From positions 1 through 64,000 of the forward strand of contig NW_026783133.1 in the NCBI RefSeq assembly GCF_031769215.1: 64,000 nt of DNA. Direction: 5' to 3'. Below the pieces are notes generated by a model, which was given only the letters and a program-made list of their open reading frames with translations, did no database searches and was not told the DNA's origin. A program made the translations under genes and the position numbers. Below, piece after piece: positions 27,101 to 41,100 of the stretch (its first letter is position 1; each line of letters begins with the position of its first letter). This DNA is from Ylistrum balloti (Eukaryota).

Positions 27101-28364
27101 GTGAAGGTGACTTCCTAATGAAATAGCACTTTCATGGGAAATATAGCGTATTATATAAATAGTTTGCTTGGATCCCACGTCAAAATAGTTAACGTTCATA
27201 GCTTTATGATATGTATTTTATATAAATTAATACATGCAAGTCAAACATTACGATTGTTGTTGAAATAAACGGTGACCGCATTAGAACTGTAAAAGCATAT
27301 TATCTAGTTGGAGCAATTGTATTTTTCCTTAACTTACAGGGATATTTTGTTTCATAGGTTCCATTTTTGAAAAAAAAAAATAAATAAATACAACATCAAT
27401 TGCAGATAACATTCCTCTATCATTTTTTTTTTTCACTTTTCATGTTGAATATAACAGTTTTGTTTATGCTTATTTCTTTTATCGTTTTTTTTTTTTTTTT
27501 TTTTTTTTTAGTGGTTTGGTAGTCGATGCTTCGTCGACATTAATTTATTTATTTGCGCTAAGTACTTGAAATCATACTTAAAGTTTAGACTTAATTAAAT
27601 TTTAATGTTAGAATTACAAATGCAATTACATTCAAAATTATTAACAAATGATACTTTCTGTAAGATATTGCATTCAGAGTTTATCTTTCTTATATTGTTT
27701 AAAATAGAAAACCATTTAATAAATTACATATAAATTTATGGTTTTGCATCATATCACATTCACATATCTGATTAAAAACCAAACTGGTAAGTTACAATAA
27801 TACAGGTACACAATGTACACACTGATGGATGTTAAGCAAGGGTATCATAACCATTTATGTCATTTAATTTTGAGTTTGAATTTAGTAAATTACATGTAGC
27901 ATGATTAAAATCACGCGCGTGCTGAATTTAGTGGGGTTTTATTATAAACATTTTAAACTGTTCCACTTTTATTCGACCTCAATATTGACTAAATTATGAA
28001 GCATCTAATCATGAATTGAAGAGCAAATCTGACACACAGTTGACATATGAAAAAAATATATAAAATGATATATAATTAGACCAATCAACAAGGTTTATAT
28101 ACCACAGGGTAATGATTGTGGAAACAGGGTGATTATTGATGGGATCTAGTAAGCACACAAACTTATTGCCATTTATCTATCAATTAGTATTATTCACCCA
28201 GTATCTACGCAATGGTAGCAAAATCATTCACTTGATTTGCATTCCTCCGTACAGTTTGCTACATATGGTCAAGATTATCTCTCTTTCCTCAATCATTGGA
28301 GGTTGTGGTGATCACTGACAGTTTTTAGGCTCTAGCTTCTCAGTTATCTTTAGTAGATCATTGA

Positions 28365-28915
28365 GTTCAAGATCATGCTGGACCTGCGTATTCCTTCGTC
28401 TAGAGCTCCGACAAAAAGTTAATTTTCTACATATCCTTATAACTGGATATAAGTGGACGGTTGATTAGTTTGTAACATCTGACTTCTGAAATTCAAAATG
28501 GATTTGTGTAATTAGGCAGCTGAAGTTAGGACAATGACCTGAGACCCTACGTAGTGACTACTGTTAACGGCGTACTATATACTGTACATATACATACCCG
28601 GATTGCTATATCTGTGAAATATATGGACACTAGAACAGACTTGATGAAATCACTGCCATGCTATCTACCCTCATTACAAAGGGAGACTTTGATTCCAAGA
28701 TAAAGAATCTCAATGAAAGTATCGGAGAGGAAAACATGGAATAAATGGATGAATTGAAAGGTTGAGTTTTTGAATTGGAAATGGAAAACGAAAATCTTCG
28801 TCAGACGTTGTAACTTGGAGACACAAGTCAGTAATTTATAGTGTGTAAAGGAGGGCATGGATGCCCGTTATAACGACTTGGAACAACACGGTCGAAAGAA
28901 TTCAAGAACAATTCT
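28365..28915 (+). mobile_element. LINE 5' end / ORF1 remnant (coiled coil plus NDLEQHGRKNS)
   Basis: Heptad-rich frameshifted sequence ending in the LEQxxRKNS motif typical of the start of the ORF1 RRM. The left end is approximate. Confidence 0.65.
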
Positions 28916-29459
28916 TCATCGGACCGGTTGAGGAACGTGTGGACAAAATCATGAATTGTGTGTCTTCATAACTTGCTATGCTCGTATAGTAGCGTGGGCG
29001 GCAAGCTCTTTACATTCCGGAATGATGGAAGAAAAATACTTTTTTAGGCCATGACACTAACGGACTTAAGGAAGATTCCTATTTCTTATGATTGTAGATA
29101 TGCATTTCTCTTGGTTTATACCGATCTTATTATGTATGCATGTAGATATGCATGTTTCTTTGCTATGGATGGTTTGTGTTTTGTGTTATATGGGACCAAA
29201 ATTCTGACGTTTGATAAGCCTACAATATATAAATCATTTTGTTACAGTAATTCGTGCTTTAGTGATCTGCGGGTATGGTCCTAGTGTAATCTACCTGATG
29301 TGATAAAGTATGTATGTTGCCAGTATTCATTATATGATGACAATGGTCATAGTATGTTTTCACTTTCTCTATCTGCTCTGTTTCTCTTTGTCTCCGGGAT
29401 TGATCAACTAAACTTGTTCTTGAGGCATACGGCTGATTTTTTTTTTTTTTTTTTTTTTT

Positions 29460-32400
29460 GTCGACAAATGGTTAAATTCTTGAGGATAAGAATAAACGCA
29501 AGGATGTTTTCTCTTATCTGAGATATACAAACAGTAGTATTTTTTAAAGATAATTTTGAATTTAAAGCGCATAAAGAGAAGAAATATAATACTGATTTTT
29601 TTAGCCTTAGCTATAGAATCTTTTAGAATCACCTTCAATGATTCATATGGCCGGAATAATGATGACACCGAGTTTTACGATATTCTAACTGAAACTGTTG
29701 AAGAATTTGCGAATAAATATATCATTATCTGTGTTGATTTTACTTGGAATTGAACCCAAAATCTGAATATGATAACAATCATAAGAATCTCAATTATCCT
29801 AAAGCCAGATATAAGGTTGAAGAAATCATTGATAATTTTGGCTTGGTGGATATTTTTAGAGAGCAGCATGAAGATATTAGGAGATACACATCGAGGAAAA
29901 GCAACCCACTTACGCGAGCTCGACTAGATTTCTTTCTTCTCTCGGAGAATCTTATATCCAGTACTAACAAATTAGATATAGAATCTGATCATTCTTTTTC
30001 AACAATATCCTTAAAACTCAATGAATTTATAGCTGGTAATGGGGTATTAAAGTTTAATAATCATCTACTACAAGATCTTGTATACGTAAATATGGTGAAA
30101 ACCTGTATTATTCAGACAAGCCTAAACATTGTCTCCCAGTATATAATATTAATAATTCCAATAATATTTCAGATGCAGAAACTTCGTTTACAATATATGA
30201 TCAAATATTTCTTGAAATATTATTGATGAATATTGGAGGTAAAACTATATCCTTCTCATCACACAGGGAAAAATAAACAAACTATCAAAAAGGACATCCT
30301 TCAGAAAGTTATTCAAGTTATGGAAGAGCAAGATGAAGCAATTGTTGTTGTAGTTGAGTTATTAGCTAAAAGAGAATTACAGTCAATCAGGGAAATGAAA
30401 ACCAAAGGCAGCATAATTACATAAGGTATTTATTTTTAATCTTGAAAGCAGAGACTTCACTTAGGCCTAAATTACGACTAGAGGATGGAAAAATAAGAAC
30501 AGATTAAGATAATGTTTTGGAAGAAGTTTATTATGCTATGATAATCTTTATGATTCGAATAATGTCTTAGATGATGTTAACCTGAATGATATCTTTGAAC
30601 CATGCAATGTAAATACAATTAGTCCATGTGATTCTGAAAAGCTAGATGGTTCTATCACACTAGCAGAAGCCAGTGAAAGGTATGAAAAATAACAGAAGTC
30701 CAGGAATAGATGGTTTTAATGCTAAATTCTTCAAAACATATATTGAACTTTGTGGTCAGACCTATTAATTCAGGATATACAAAAATAGTTGTTTATCTAT
30801 TTCTCAAAAGCATGGCATTATCTCCTGTATTCCAAGGGGAGATAAACCCAGACATTTTATGAAAAATTGGAGACCCATTACTTAATGTTGTTTATGAAAC
30901 TGCATCTGGCACCATAGCACACATAATTAAAACGTTTTTAATGAAATAATTGACAAGGATCAAACAAGGTTTTAGCAGGACGTTGAATAGGGGGAAATAC
31001 AAGACTTAAGAAAATGATATCCCAGGAATGTTTTTAATGATTTATTTGCAAAAAAAAAAAGCTTTCGATTATGATACGTTTACTTAAATGATTTTATTAT
31101 TATTATTATTTTTTTGTGGTTTTAATGATAATCTCTTTGAAAGCATTACAAAAAAAGCTAGTGCTACAATTAATTAGGGTGGTAAACTGCCTTCTTTTTT
31201 GGAAATAAGAAGGGGTTGTTGACAAGGGTTTACTTAAATGCCCCCTATATTTTATTCTGTGTGCGCAATTTTGGCAAATCAATTACAGAGTTTAACTTTT
31301 ATGGAAGCATATCAGGATTAAAATTTTATGTTTCAAAAATGGTATCGATTGGTAGAAAAAAATCAGCATCGATCACTTCCCACAGCCTGGTATTGGATTT
31401 CATGTTAACTTATATCAGATACCAAAACTTAATTTTGACAAAAAAACTTATAAACTTAAATCACTTCTTAGCTCGATATCTAACCCCTAATGGTAAAATA
31501 AACATAATTAGATCACTTGCAGTTTCACAATTTATCCATCTCACTGCCAAACCCTAATGACAATATTTTTTTTTATCTGAATCAGACTCATTGTTATATG
31601 AATTTCTTTGGAACAGTAACACTTACAAAGTAAGAAGAGACATTGTTACCTAGTATTACACTGATGGTGGTTCAAATGGTTAATGTTAGAGCCTTTATAT
31701 ATTACCTTCAGCTGGAATGGATTAGAAGACTTTTCCAGTCTGCTTCAAAGTGGCAAGTAATTCTTTAAACATATGTAAACTTAGACCTGATGGCCAATTG
31801 AGGTACTGAATACATACAACGCTGTCAAAATAAATGTGAAAACATGTCTTGGTCTGATGTTTTAAAACATATAAAATCTACACCACGCTAATAACATATG
31901 AACAGATAAAAGTGAAGTATTCCTGAAAAGCCCTGTATTGTTCAACAATCAAATTACTATTGATAAGAAATCAAGTTTTATTAAGGACTGGCTAGGAAAG
32001 GGTGTCATTGTTGTGAATGATGTGATAAAGGATATTAATTCTGGAACAATCTTTACTTTTCATGAATTTACTCAAACATACCACATACAGATTATTTTTT
32101 TTCCAATATCACGGTGTTCTAAACGCTACAAAGCATTTAACCCTGATCCAGATTACCCTAAAATAAAATTAGATTATCCTTTTATCCCCTTAAACTTGGA
32201 ACATTTCTTTAAACAGCGTAAAGTTTCGAAATATGTTCATAGTATTTTAATGAAGAGCAAGGTTAGTCCATCAAGTCAGAAAAAATGAAATGAAGTCTTT
32301 GATTTTAGTGATTCTACATGGCACCAACTTGTTTAACTACCTTTTCTGATAACGACAAATACAAAGAATAAATCACCGCATTCTTACAACTTATTTTTTT

Positions 32401-32620
32401 AACTCGATTAGCTATATCCCCTTGTTTATACTATGCAACTCTGAAACTATAACTGACATTTTATGTGCATGCAGAGAGATTCAAAATCATCTGAGTAACT
32501 TTGAAGTTCTGTTAGATTCACTTATCATCCCTTTTAACTTTAATTAAGCATCCTACAAAAGTTACATAGTAAAATTGATAATAAAATACTAATTGCTTTA
32601 AACATATATATATATATATA
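29460..32620 (+). mobile_element. Decayed L1/Tx1-type LINE ORF2 (APE endonuclease plus RT) and 3' end
   Basis: Frameshifted motifs: DKNKRKDVFSYLR, LVDIFREQH..RARLDFFL..SDH, KNNRSPGIDGF, GIISCIPRGDK..KNWRPI, KAFD, RRGC*QG, SGLK, LTPNGKINIIRSL. The YADD region appears deleted. It ends in AATAAA and (TA)n at ~32580-32620. Confidence 0.9.
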
Positions 32621-34337
32621 CGGTACACAATTTACATTACCAGAAAGAGCATTGTCTAAACCATTCCGAAAGTAATGTCCATCTGAACAGTTTTCATGAT
32701 TTCATTTTGCAAAGACGATGTAACCCAGCGATGACCAGATTACATTGATATTTGCATGAAAATTGTGGAATTTGTTAATTTATCATAATTTTTTTTTCGT
32801 CGGGGAGTGGATTCAGATTGTTGGATTTATTCTGTCTACTAATGACACAAAACTTAACCTTTCCATATAGGCTACACCTTGACACTTTTGAAAAAATCAG
32901 CAGCGATGTTATCTACACCCAATATGAATGGAACTCTTGGAACTCTAAAGTGCTTCTTGTACATGTGTCTATTACAACGGCCGTAGTAAGAAACTCAGAA
33001 GATGTATTGGATCATAGAATTTTGCCGACATTCGTTTCAAAAAGCTATTGAGTGTTGTATGAATACCAGAGATATACTATACATACAAGTATACGTAAAA
33101 AAACCTGCATAAAGATACAGAGATGGGTTACTGGTCCTCGGATAGAAAATGACAGTACTGAGTGAACACATACATTGATGCGAAAGTATGGCAGTGCCGA
33201 CCAATGAGTAAATGTGCGAAACATTTGTTTGGACCAATAAACAACGTTTACACACAGCGGGGTTGTAGCTGTGGAAACAGGATGATTATCAATGCAACTT
33301 AGTAAACCCACAGAATGAATGTCCGGTATTAATTCCTTAATGTTTTTGGTAAGGAATTCACCCATTATCACTTGATTTGCCTTCCTTCATATAAGTTGGT
33401 ACATATGGTCACGATTCCGAGACATATAGAGTTTTCATGTCTTTACACACTTTCCTCCATTATTTGAATTTGTGGTGATCACTGATAGTTTGTTAGGCTC
33501 TAACTTCAAACTCATCATTAGTTTTCAAAACTTACAGAAACTTTCTACCATATTTGTTTTGGGTACATACGTACTCATTGCAAGATAGTTTGACATGTCC
33601 CGTAATCAACATATATGCATGCAGTTTCCTAATGTATTCCTACCTGGTATTCGTGGGTTGTGATATCAATGTGCTTTTTTGGACCATATACTAGTATCAT
33701 AATTACAGCTGCCTGTATTATATTTTCCATGTTAGTAGAATAATACTTGAAAGCATTCCATAATTTTGAAAAAGAAAAAAAATTCTGGTAAACCATGTCG
33801 ATTAAAAGCAATCAAGCGACTAATATTGTGAACAAGAAAAGCTAAGAATCATATCATCGTTTTCCTAAATGAACCGTGTTCATTCTTGTAATGATGACCT
33901 TATAAATATTCAAAGTCGTCAAGTTTATCCAAAATCATGATATGTAGCATAGATTTCTTAGCTGAAGTGATCCAAATGACGTAAAGTCATTAACGAAGAC
34001 TTGTAAAAGAAATCCTCAGTAGTGTTTTTACATTTGACATTAATTCCCTTTTTATCAAAACGTGACATTATCATTGCATATTCCAACACTATGTAAAATA
34101 AAAAAATTAAATTAGGGAAGAAACTTTACATAAAGGGAGAAATGATCTGTACTCGTAAGGATTATCCTGAATAATTCATAGTCTACACAACAGTGTGAAA
34201 TGTACTCACATCATCTACCATCTATATATGAATATTATAGGGATATCTTAATAAACAAGATCGATGTGTGTTATGGAGGGAAAATATTGAATTGTTTTAT
34301 ATTATAGGTAATATATTATTGCTAACCTTTATTACAG

Positions 34338-34421
34338 TTTGAATGTTTGAGAGATGCAGCATCCGGCGGTCACATAGATATTGTTAGACTACTACTGGAC
34401 AGGGGAGCTGATCCAAATAAG
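34338..34421 (+). CDS. Ankyrin-repeat internal exon 2 (84 nt, phase 0): FECLRDAASGGHIDIVRLLLDRGADPNK
   Basis: Duplicate of exon 1 with identical splice signals. It differs at 3 nt, all nonsynonymous. Confidence 0.92.
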
Positions 34422-35099
34422 GTAAGTTTCCTTTTATTCATCTTCTTATACATGTTTTATTTATTTTTCTCAAGACATAAAATGAATTCTCTTGTTTTTC
34501 AATATCTTTTTGTTTGTAAATACATAAACTTCCGTCCCATGTCTTCAATCTCTACATTTTGCCTGCTACATGCTAATAGATTGAGCGTGGTTGGTGCTTA
34601 TTGTTGTTTTCATGCAAAAAAGATACAGGCACTTCCAAACATAACGAAATTAAGTCATCGTTTAACATCATGTAGTCAGATTTATTATCTTCAATCTATT
34701 CCATTACTGGAGAAATTTGTAAGCAGGTGTAAGATTGGTTTTGTAATCAATGTTATAGTTAGCATAAGTCTCTAATGATAAAGCTTAACAACTGTCATCG
34801 TTGTTGTCGTCGATACATTCATGATAAAAAAAAATCATCATACACATACACAGCATACATATGTATTATTATTTTGAAAACACATAGACCACTGGCACCA
34901 CGACAGTATGCCGGTCTTTCACCTGACATGTTAAACTATTTAGATTTCCGGGTTTAGTTTATATAATTTAATGTTGTTAGTCAGAGTCTACGTTATGTTC
35001 ATGTTGCTTTCTTTGTAGAGGTACCACACTGAAGTATCAGCATCTCATGAAACCACGTTCTCTCTCTTTCTCTGTATGCGTATGTCTGTTGGTGAGTGC

Positions 35100-35103
<4 letters not shown>

Positions 35104-35167
<64 letters not shown>
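35104..35167. repeat. (GT)32 microsatellite
   Basis: Directly visible. Paralog of 2414-2467. Confidence 0.99.
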
Positions 35168-35169
<2 letters not shown>

Positions 35170-38100
35170 CTTTATTTACGAATGTGTTTATATAGGTATG
35201 AGTGTTTAGTGTGTCTGTGTGTGTGTAAAACCATCTCCAAAAATATAGCGATAATGTCGATGACCGATGATGATGAGGTGGATAATATTGATAGTGGTGG
35301 TCGTTAGGACGACAGTGAGTGAATGTAAGCGAACTTGTGGTATGTTTATATGTATGTGTGGAAAAATGAAAGAAATAAAAAACATGCAACTGCAGGTCAG
35401 TGTCAACAGAGATATATGAAAAATATGTTTTGATGAAGTACAAGATTAAACCTTAAGGAAAGTCCTCGATTACGCACATGCAATAGAGAAATGTAATTGT
35501 CCTCAAGTTTTTAATTTCTCAAAACATATCAATAAAATAAAAAATTCAACACTGAGAGATTAAAGTTTGGTTTTACAAGTTAGCAGAGTAAATCATGACA
35601 TTTGCAGATATATATATACTTTTTAACATTGTCCCTGTTTGTTTCATATGTGATTATTCATGAACAGCATTGGATATTATAACAAATCATTGTTAATATT
35701 AATATTTTGTGTTAAGATACAGTAAAATGATGACCAAACTGAAACACTGTTTACGAGTTACATAATTTGTTAACAATGCGGAATTCCTACAAATCCATTA
35801 CGTTTCTTAGATCATAGCAACATATCTTGGAATCTCTACTATTTTACGAAAAATACGAGAATCAATATATCTTGCTGATAGGTCCCTAGGAATCAGCACG
35901 GCATGGTCGATAATTATGTACATGAGGTCTTATTTGTATAATCAGTCTAACATTATCTTCTGATTATTCAAAATATGTATAGTTATGATATTTAAGGGAA
36001 TTTGTTCCACAGATGAGATGAAGACTGATACATTTAGTGATAATTAATCTAAAATAACGGCCATCTGGGAACAGAGAGGTTAAAGCGATTAAACTACTGC
36101 TATAGTTATTTCTAATTATTCAAATCTTAAAAATCGGTAAGAGATAGTTTGCATCATATTTAGCATGATGTAGGCGCGTTTCGGAACTTTCCTGTCATTA
36201 ATTTTTCCTTATTTTAAGGTTTTCTTTAACATTTTTCTTTAGCTTTGGACGGCATTTCCAAAATGTCCTTTAACACTTTTGATAGATGTGGTTTTAAGGA
36301 TTTGTCAGTTACTTATATTTCGTTTGATGACAAATAATTTCTAGAATGTTAATATTTCACTGGTAAAACATATATATATTATTTCTCAGGTTGGATAATA
36401 TAGATTGTCTTGACCAACAAAAGAGGTCACAGAACTAAACTATGATAAGACTCTTTAAATGGCCTTTAACCCATAACCAACATACACAGGGTAACGAATG
36501 CCGACAGACGAATTACCTTCCACCATGAATACGTTATAAAAATGTACTCAGTAAAATTCTGGTTTTCAGAAATGGTCAAAATTGTAATAGGAATCCCTAT
36601 GAGCCTTATCTAAATTTATTTTTTCAAGGTCGAAAGGGTAGATATTTTACAATAAAGAATTTTTGTATTTCATTTCACAGGGGTAAGTTTATTAAGACAT
36701 ATCAAATGCATCCTTTTAATAACCAACAGGACGGCTATATTTGGCATGTCGTATACAGATACAATTGCGACGTTTGGTTTTAAATTAAAAATCATTTAAC
36801 ATCCTATTAACACATATCGTGATAAATGGACTACCTCCGCATGCATGCAATATAAGTGCGTGCGTTGAATCCTGCTTGAAAGAGGCTGCGGTGTGTTCTT
36901 GAACGTTTTTCTATGGTAGCGTCGAACTGAAACCTACTTAATAATGGTAGCACACAGATGAACTTCCGACGAATCCTATAAGGACCCTTCAATATGTCAT
37001 AATACTACACTATCAAAAGGCGAGCCAGTCTTTACAGTACCAACATACTTAGCATTATGCAACGGGATATTAATTACAACGATGTGCAATGTTATTTCTT
37101 GGTCAGAGGATAAATCCAAAAGTCTTCCTGATACACCACATTTCATGTCTTAATACACCTCGTTTGCATTTGAGGAGGTGACGTTACTTTCATAGATAGA
37201 CTTATATTAAGATGACCTGTGTTGTTGATGCAGTATTCCAAAATTCTATAGGTAGTTACAATGAAATGTCCATCAATAATGTTCTACCATACTTGATCCA
37301 TAACCCTTTTTGTGGTGATCTGATGAAAAGGGAATGTGAATATGGAGTTGCAAAGCTGCTAATTGTACTCTATCTATGAATATTTCCATGTTGTATATTG
37401 GGTGAATAAACCTATACCCGACAATAAGATTAACAAGCATGAGAGCACCGGCCTCCTACATGATTAAATTGCATGCTACGTTAACATAGTGTTATTATAT
37501 CAATTGTCAGTGAATGATCAATTACCATTGTTGCATTTAAAACAGATGTCTCCTTTTTGTCATCGACTGCTCAATTTTCTTTAGTAGGAGTACTGATATA
37601 AAACCTAACAACGCATTAATAAGTAATTTGCAATCATTGCGTAAGACTGATCATGTTATTTATGTTATAGTTAGCTTAATTCTCCAATTGCCATACAACA
37701 GCTTCATGATGAAACGCTTCAACATACAAAATACATATCAATATATGTTTATTGTTTGATAAACAATTTACATCACAACGGTATGCAGTTCTCTCACACA
37801 TGTTATAATTGGAATTGCACGGATTGTTTTTTATGTTTTAATGCTGCTTGAAAAAAGCTGTGATATCCTTTGTAGTGATACCACACTGAATTCTACTACC
37901 TAAATTCCCTAGTTGGCCACCCTATCTTATCACAATATTTCGATAACGACTGAATCTCAAAATAAAGCTAAAACAATGCCAGTGTAAAGGTACACATATA
38001 GAAAAACTTATGTTAATAGAAGTAAACAGATTAAACCTTAAATGACTTCATCGATTAAGCACATGCAATAGGGATAGTAATGTTCCAGATTTCTTATTTT

Positions 38101-41100
38101 CTGGAAATAATAACCTTCATGAGCATACCTCCGTTGGTTTTGTTAAAACGTTCAACACTTAAAGGTCAATGATTGAGATGTAATTGTAAAAAAAATGCTT
38201 GATTATGTTTCATGGTAAGCCATTTGGTTCATTTTGAAACCTAAACATGTCAATGATTTATCTAAATGAAAAAAAAAAAAAAAAAAAAAAATCTCTCAAG
38301 TGGCCATAGTTAAGATCTAGATGTTAAACCTGGTGTGGCCGTTACAGCTTACATACTCATATTCGATGTTGTTCCATGTACACAAGTTTCGTTATCATAA
38401 AATTTACAGATATCCATTCACTTCCTTAACGGTGTCCCTGTTAATATCATATCATATTGGGTTGTTCAACAATGGAAGGTAATATCATAAAGAATACTGT
38501 CATCGTTACTATCAAAGTTTTGTGTTCGGATAATACTATAGTATCACAGCGAGAAGATGACCAAACAGGAACACTGTTTAAAACTTATTACAATATGTTT
38601 ACAATGTTGAATTATTACTAATCAAACACTTTTCTTGGATCACAAAAAAGCCAAAGTCGTGGAATTTGGGGGAAAATGCAACTGTGTAACCAAAAGGCCT
38701 AGTATCGTGATATTTGACTGATAGATTCTAGAATTCAGCAGGACGTGTTAAATATTCAAGTACACACTAGTCTTATTTTTATTATTACAACAGTTTCTGG
38801 TTATTCAAAAAGTGGTATAATCATTATATATAGCAGTTTGATTCATTGGATGACATGAAGGCTGACACATTTTGCAGTTATTGTATCTTACCTACATTTA
38901 CTGTCAAACGGGGTCAAATAAGTTAATGGCGTCAAACGATTTCTAATTCACAAAGATTTTGACGGTCAATGATATAAAATATAAACATGGAAATCATTGA
39001 ACACCAGTATAATCGCAAAATGTTTCAAGTTCCTTCGTTCTCTAGGAATAAATATTTGGACATAGGTACCTGGTGTTGGTTTGTAGAAAGTGTCTTTCAA
39101 ATACATATCCCCGAATCTACACTGGCAAAATGAACAAAGATTACAAAGCGCATTATTTTCTTTGATACTATATTAGTTATAAGTACACGGTTGATATATT
39201 TACATTTGTATAGAGTAAATTATGAATACGATACAATGAATCATTGTTTCATGGTCATGTCACTTTTCATCACTGGATTTGTAGAGCTATGCTTGTCCGT
39301 CTGCTCTGTTTTTACCTAACCAAATCCAATCTTGTGAACATCGCTGCAGAGCTTTATATTCACCTATAAGTGTCAAAACATCCAGTTTAATCCAGATTCT
39401 GCCTTGCAGCAGTAAAAATATATAAGTGAGCTGATGGTGTAGGGCATCGTCCTAACCTCCGTCTGATATTTTGAACTTACGACTTATATAATCTATGAGA
39501 CAAAAGTCACGATATATGGATGGTCGCTTTCTGGAATGCAATTGCGTATACTGAGGTGTGCAATAATGATGAAAATGATAATGGTTTCTCTGATTAAACG
39601 AAAGACAATAAATAATAATATTTGACTGACAAGTTTAAAGACAAGCAAAATGTAGAACGTTACAAGCGATTTATTCGTATTCATCATGGTGTTTTGATGT
39701 ATACTTCATTAGATAAAGTCCGACAAGAAATTGCTTACATCCATACAGTTGGCAACTAGGTTTATTAGGTATAAAAACAATAACGAAACTTATTAAATCA
39801 TGACTCTAGTCCTCCCCGTATTTATATTATGACATTTCTATACATCACTTAGGATTTTTCTCAGTTGCTTTCTAGGCTTTCATATTTAGACCCATAGCAT
39901 CACTTACGTTGTCAGAAGGTGCAGTTTAGTTGATCGTTTGGCAAAACTTTGTCCTACTCTAAAATTGCTGAGCATTAGAAAGGTATGTATTGTATTCTAA
40001 TTGATCAAAATGTTTCTTATGATTATTAGCTAGACATTTCGAACATTTTAATACACAATATCTGCAAGGTTCAAGGTAACAGGTCAGCTATTTTTAATCA
40101 TTGTGTGTTTAATAATTCTCATTCAAGACGCCAATGTACATTATGCATGTTGTCGGTCATCGTAACATACCTCAACCTATTATTAAAAATGTGTTTTCTA
40201 AAATTCAGTCGGCTCTGTGTATCCCTTATTCTTAACTTAAATACAGTAACTAACGTAATGTGGTATAGATGTATGTGTATCTGATGATATATTGAAATAA
40301 ATTGCCTATTTCATTTGAGGATCAATTGTCCCCTGTCTCTTTCCCAGCCTCTTCAAAACTTGAAATCAGTTATAAATGTTGGTTGTTTGGTAACAGTTTT
40401 CTCGTTGCCCTGTGTTTTAAGAATACACATAGGATATTATTCCATATTCCCGAAACTTCTGGATAAGCAGTTTCTTCTTTGAAAGACACAGATGTATCTT
40501 TATCGTGAGAGCGTAGGCAACAGCGTTTCAACTCCCTTTCCTTGGACTAATGTTAATATGTAGTGGTTATATAAGTTAGACATTTCTGGTTGTACCATCT
40601 CGAAGCATTTCTAGACATTCGACTGAATTACTTAACCACTTATATTAATTGCGTTCTGGTAATTCAGTCCACACGTACCGCATATATCTACACACTATTA
40701 TGACTTTGTTAAGTAACTATACATGTTGATCTTCATGCTGTCCTGTGATAGAGCTTATAACTGTACTCAGGTAAAAATTGACTATTTCGCCATTGACCAA
40801 CAGAGCAATTAACTAATCGGTGTCGCTGCAATTGTAGGTCATGAATCATCTTCTCTAGCTCGTGTATTCACACTGTTTGTAATGAACATCTCTTATACCT
40901 GAGCCAATTCTAAAAACGATACAATCAAAATTAATCACATTGGTTTTTAATTTCATAAGCATCAAGATATTGTTTGTTGATTTATTGAAAACATCCGGAT
41001 AAATGTATCTAAAGAAATTATTGATTAGGAATCGAGGCTCATGGACTTTGCTTACAGTTGTATGATACATTGAAATTTCTTTAAAACTCAGGCAGGAGTT

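Larger units (their letters stand above)
11883..29400 (+). repeat. Large duplication, copy 1, more diverged block
   Basis: Largely collinear with ~44845-58500 at visibly lower identity (roughly 85-92% by eye), with large indels and two inversions. Confidence 0.9.
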
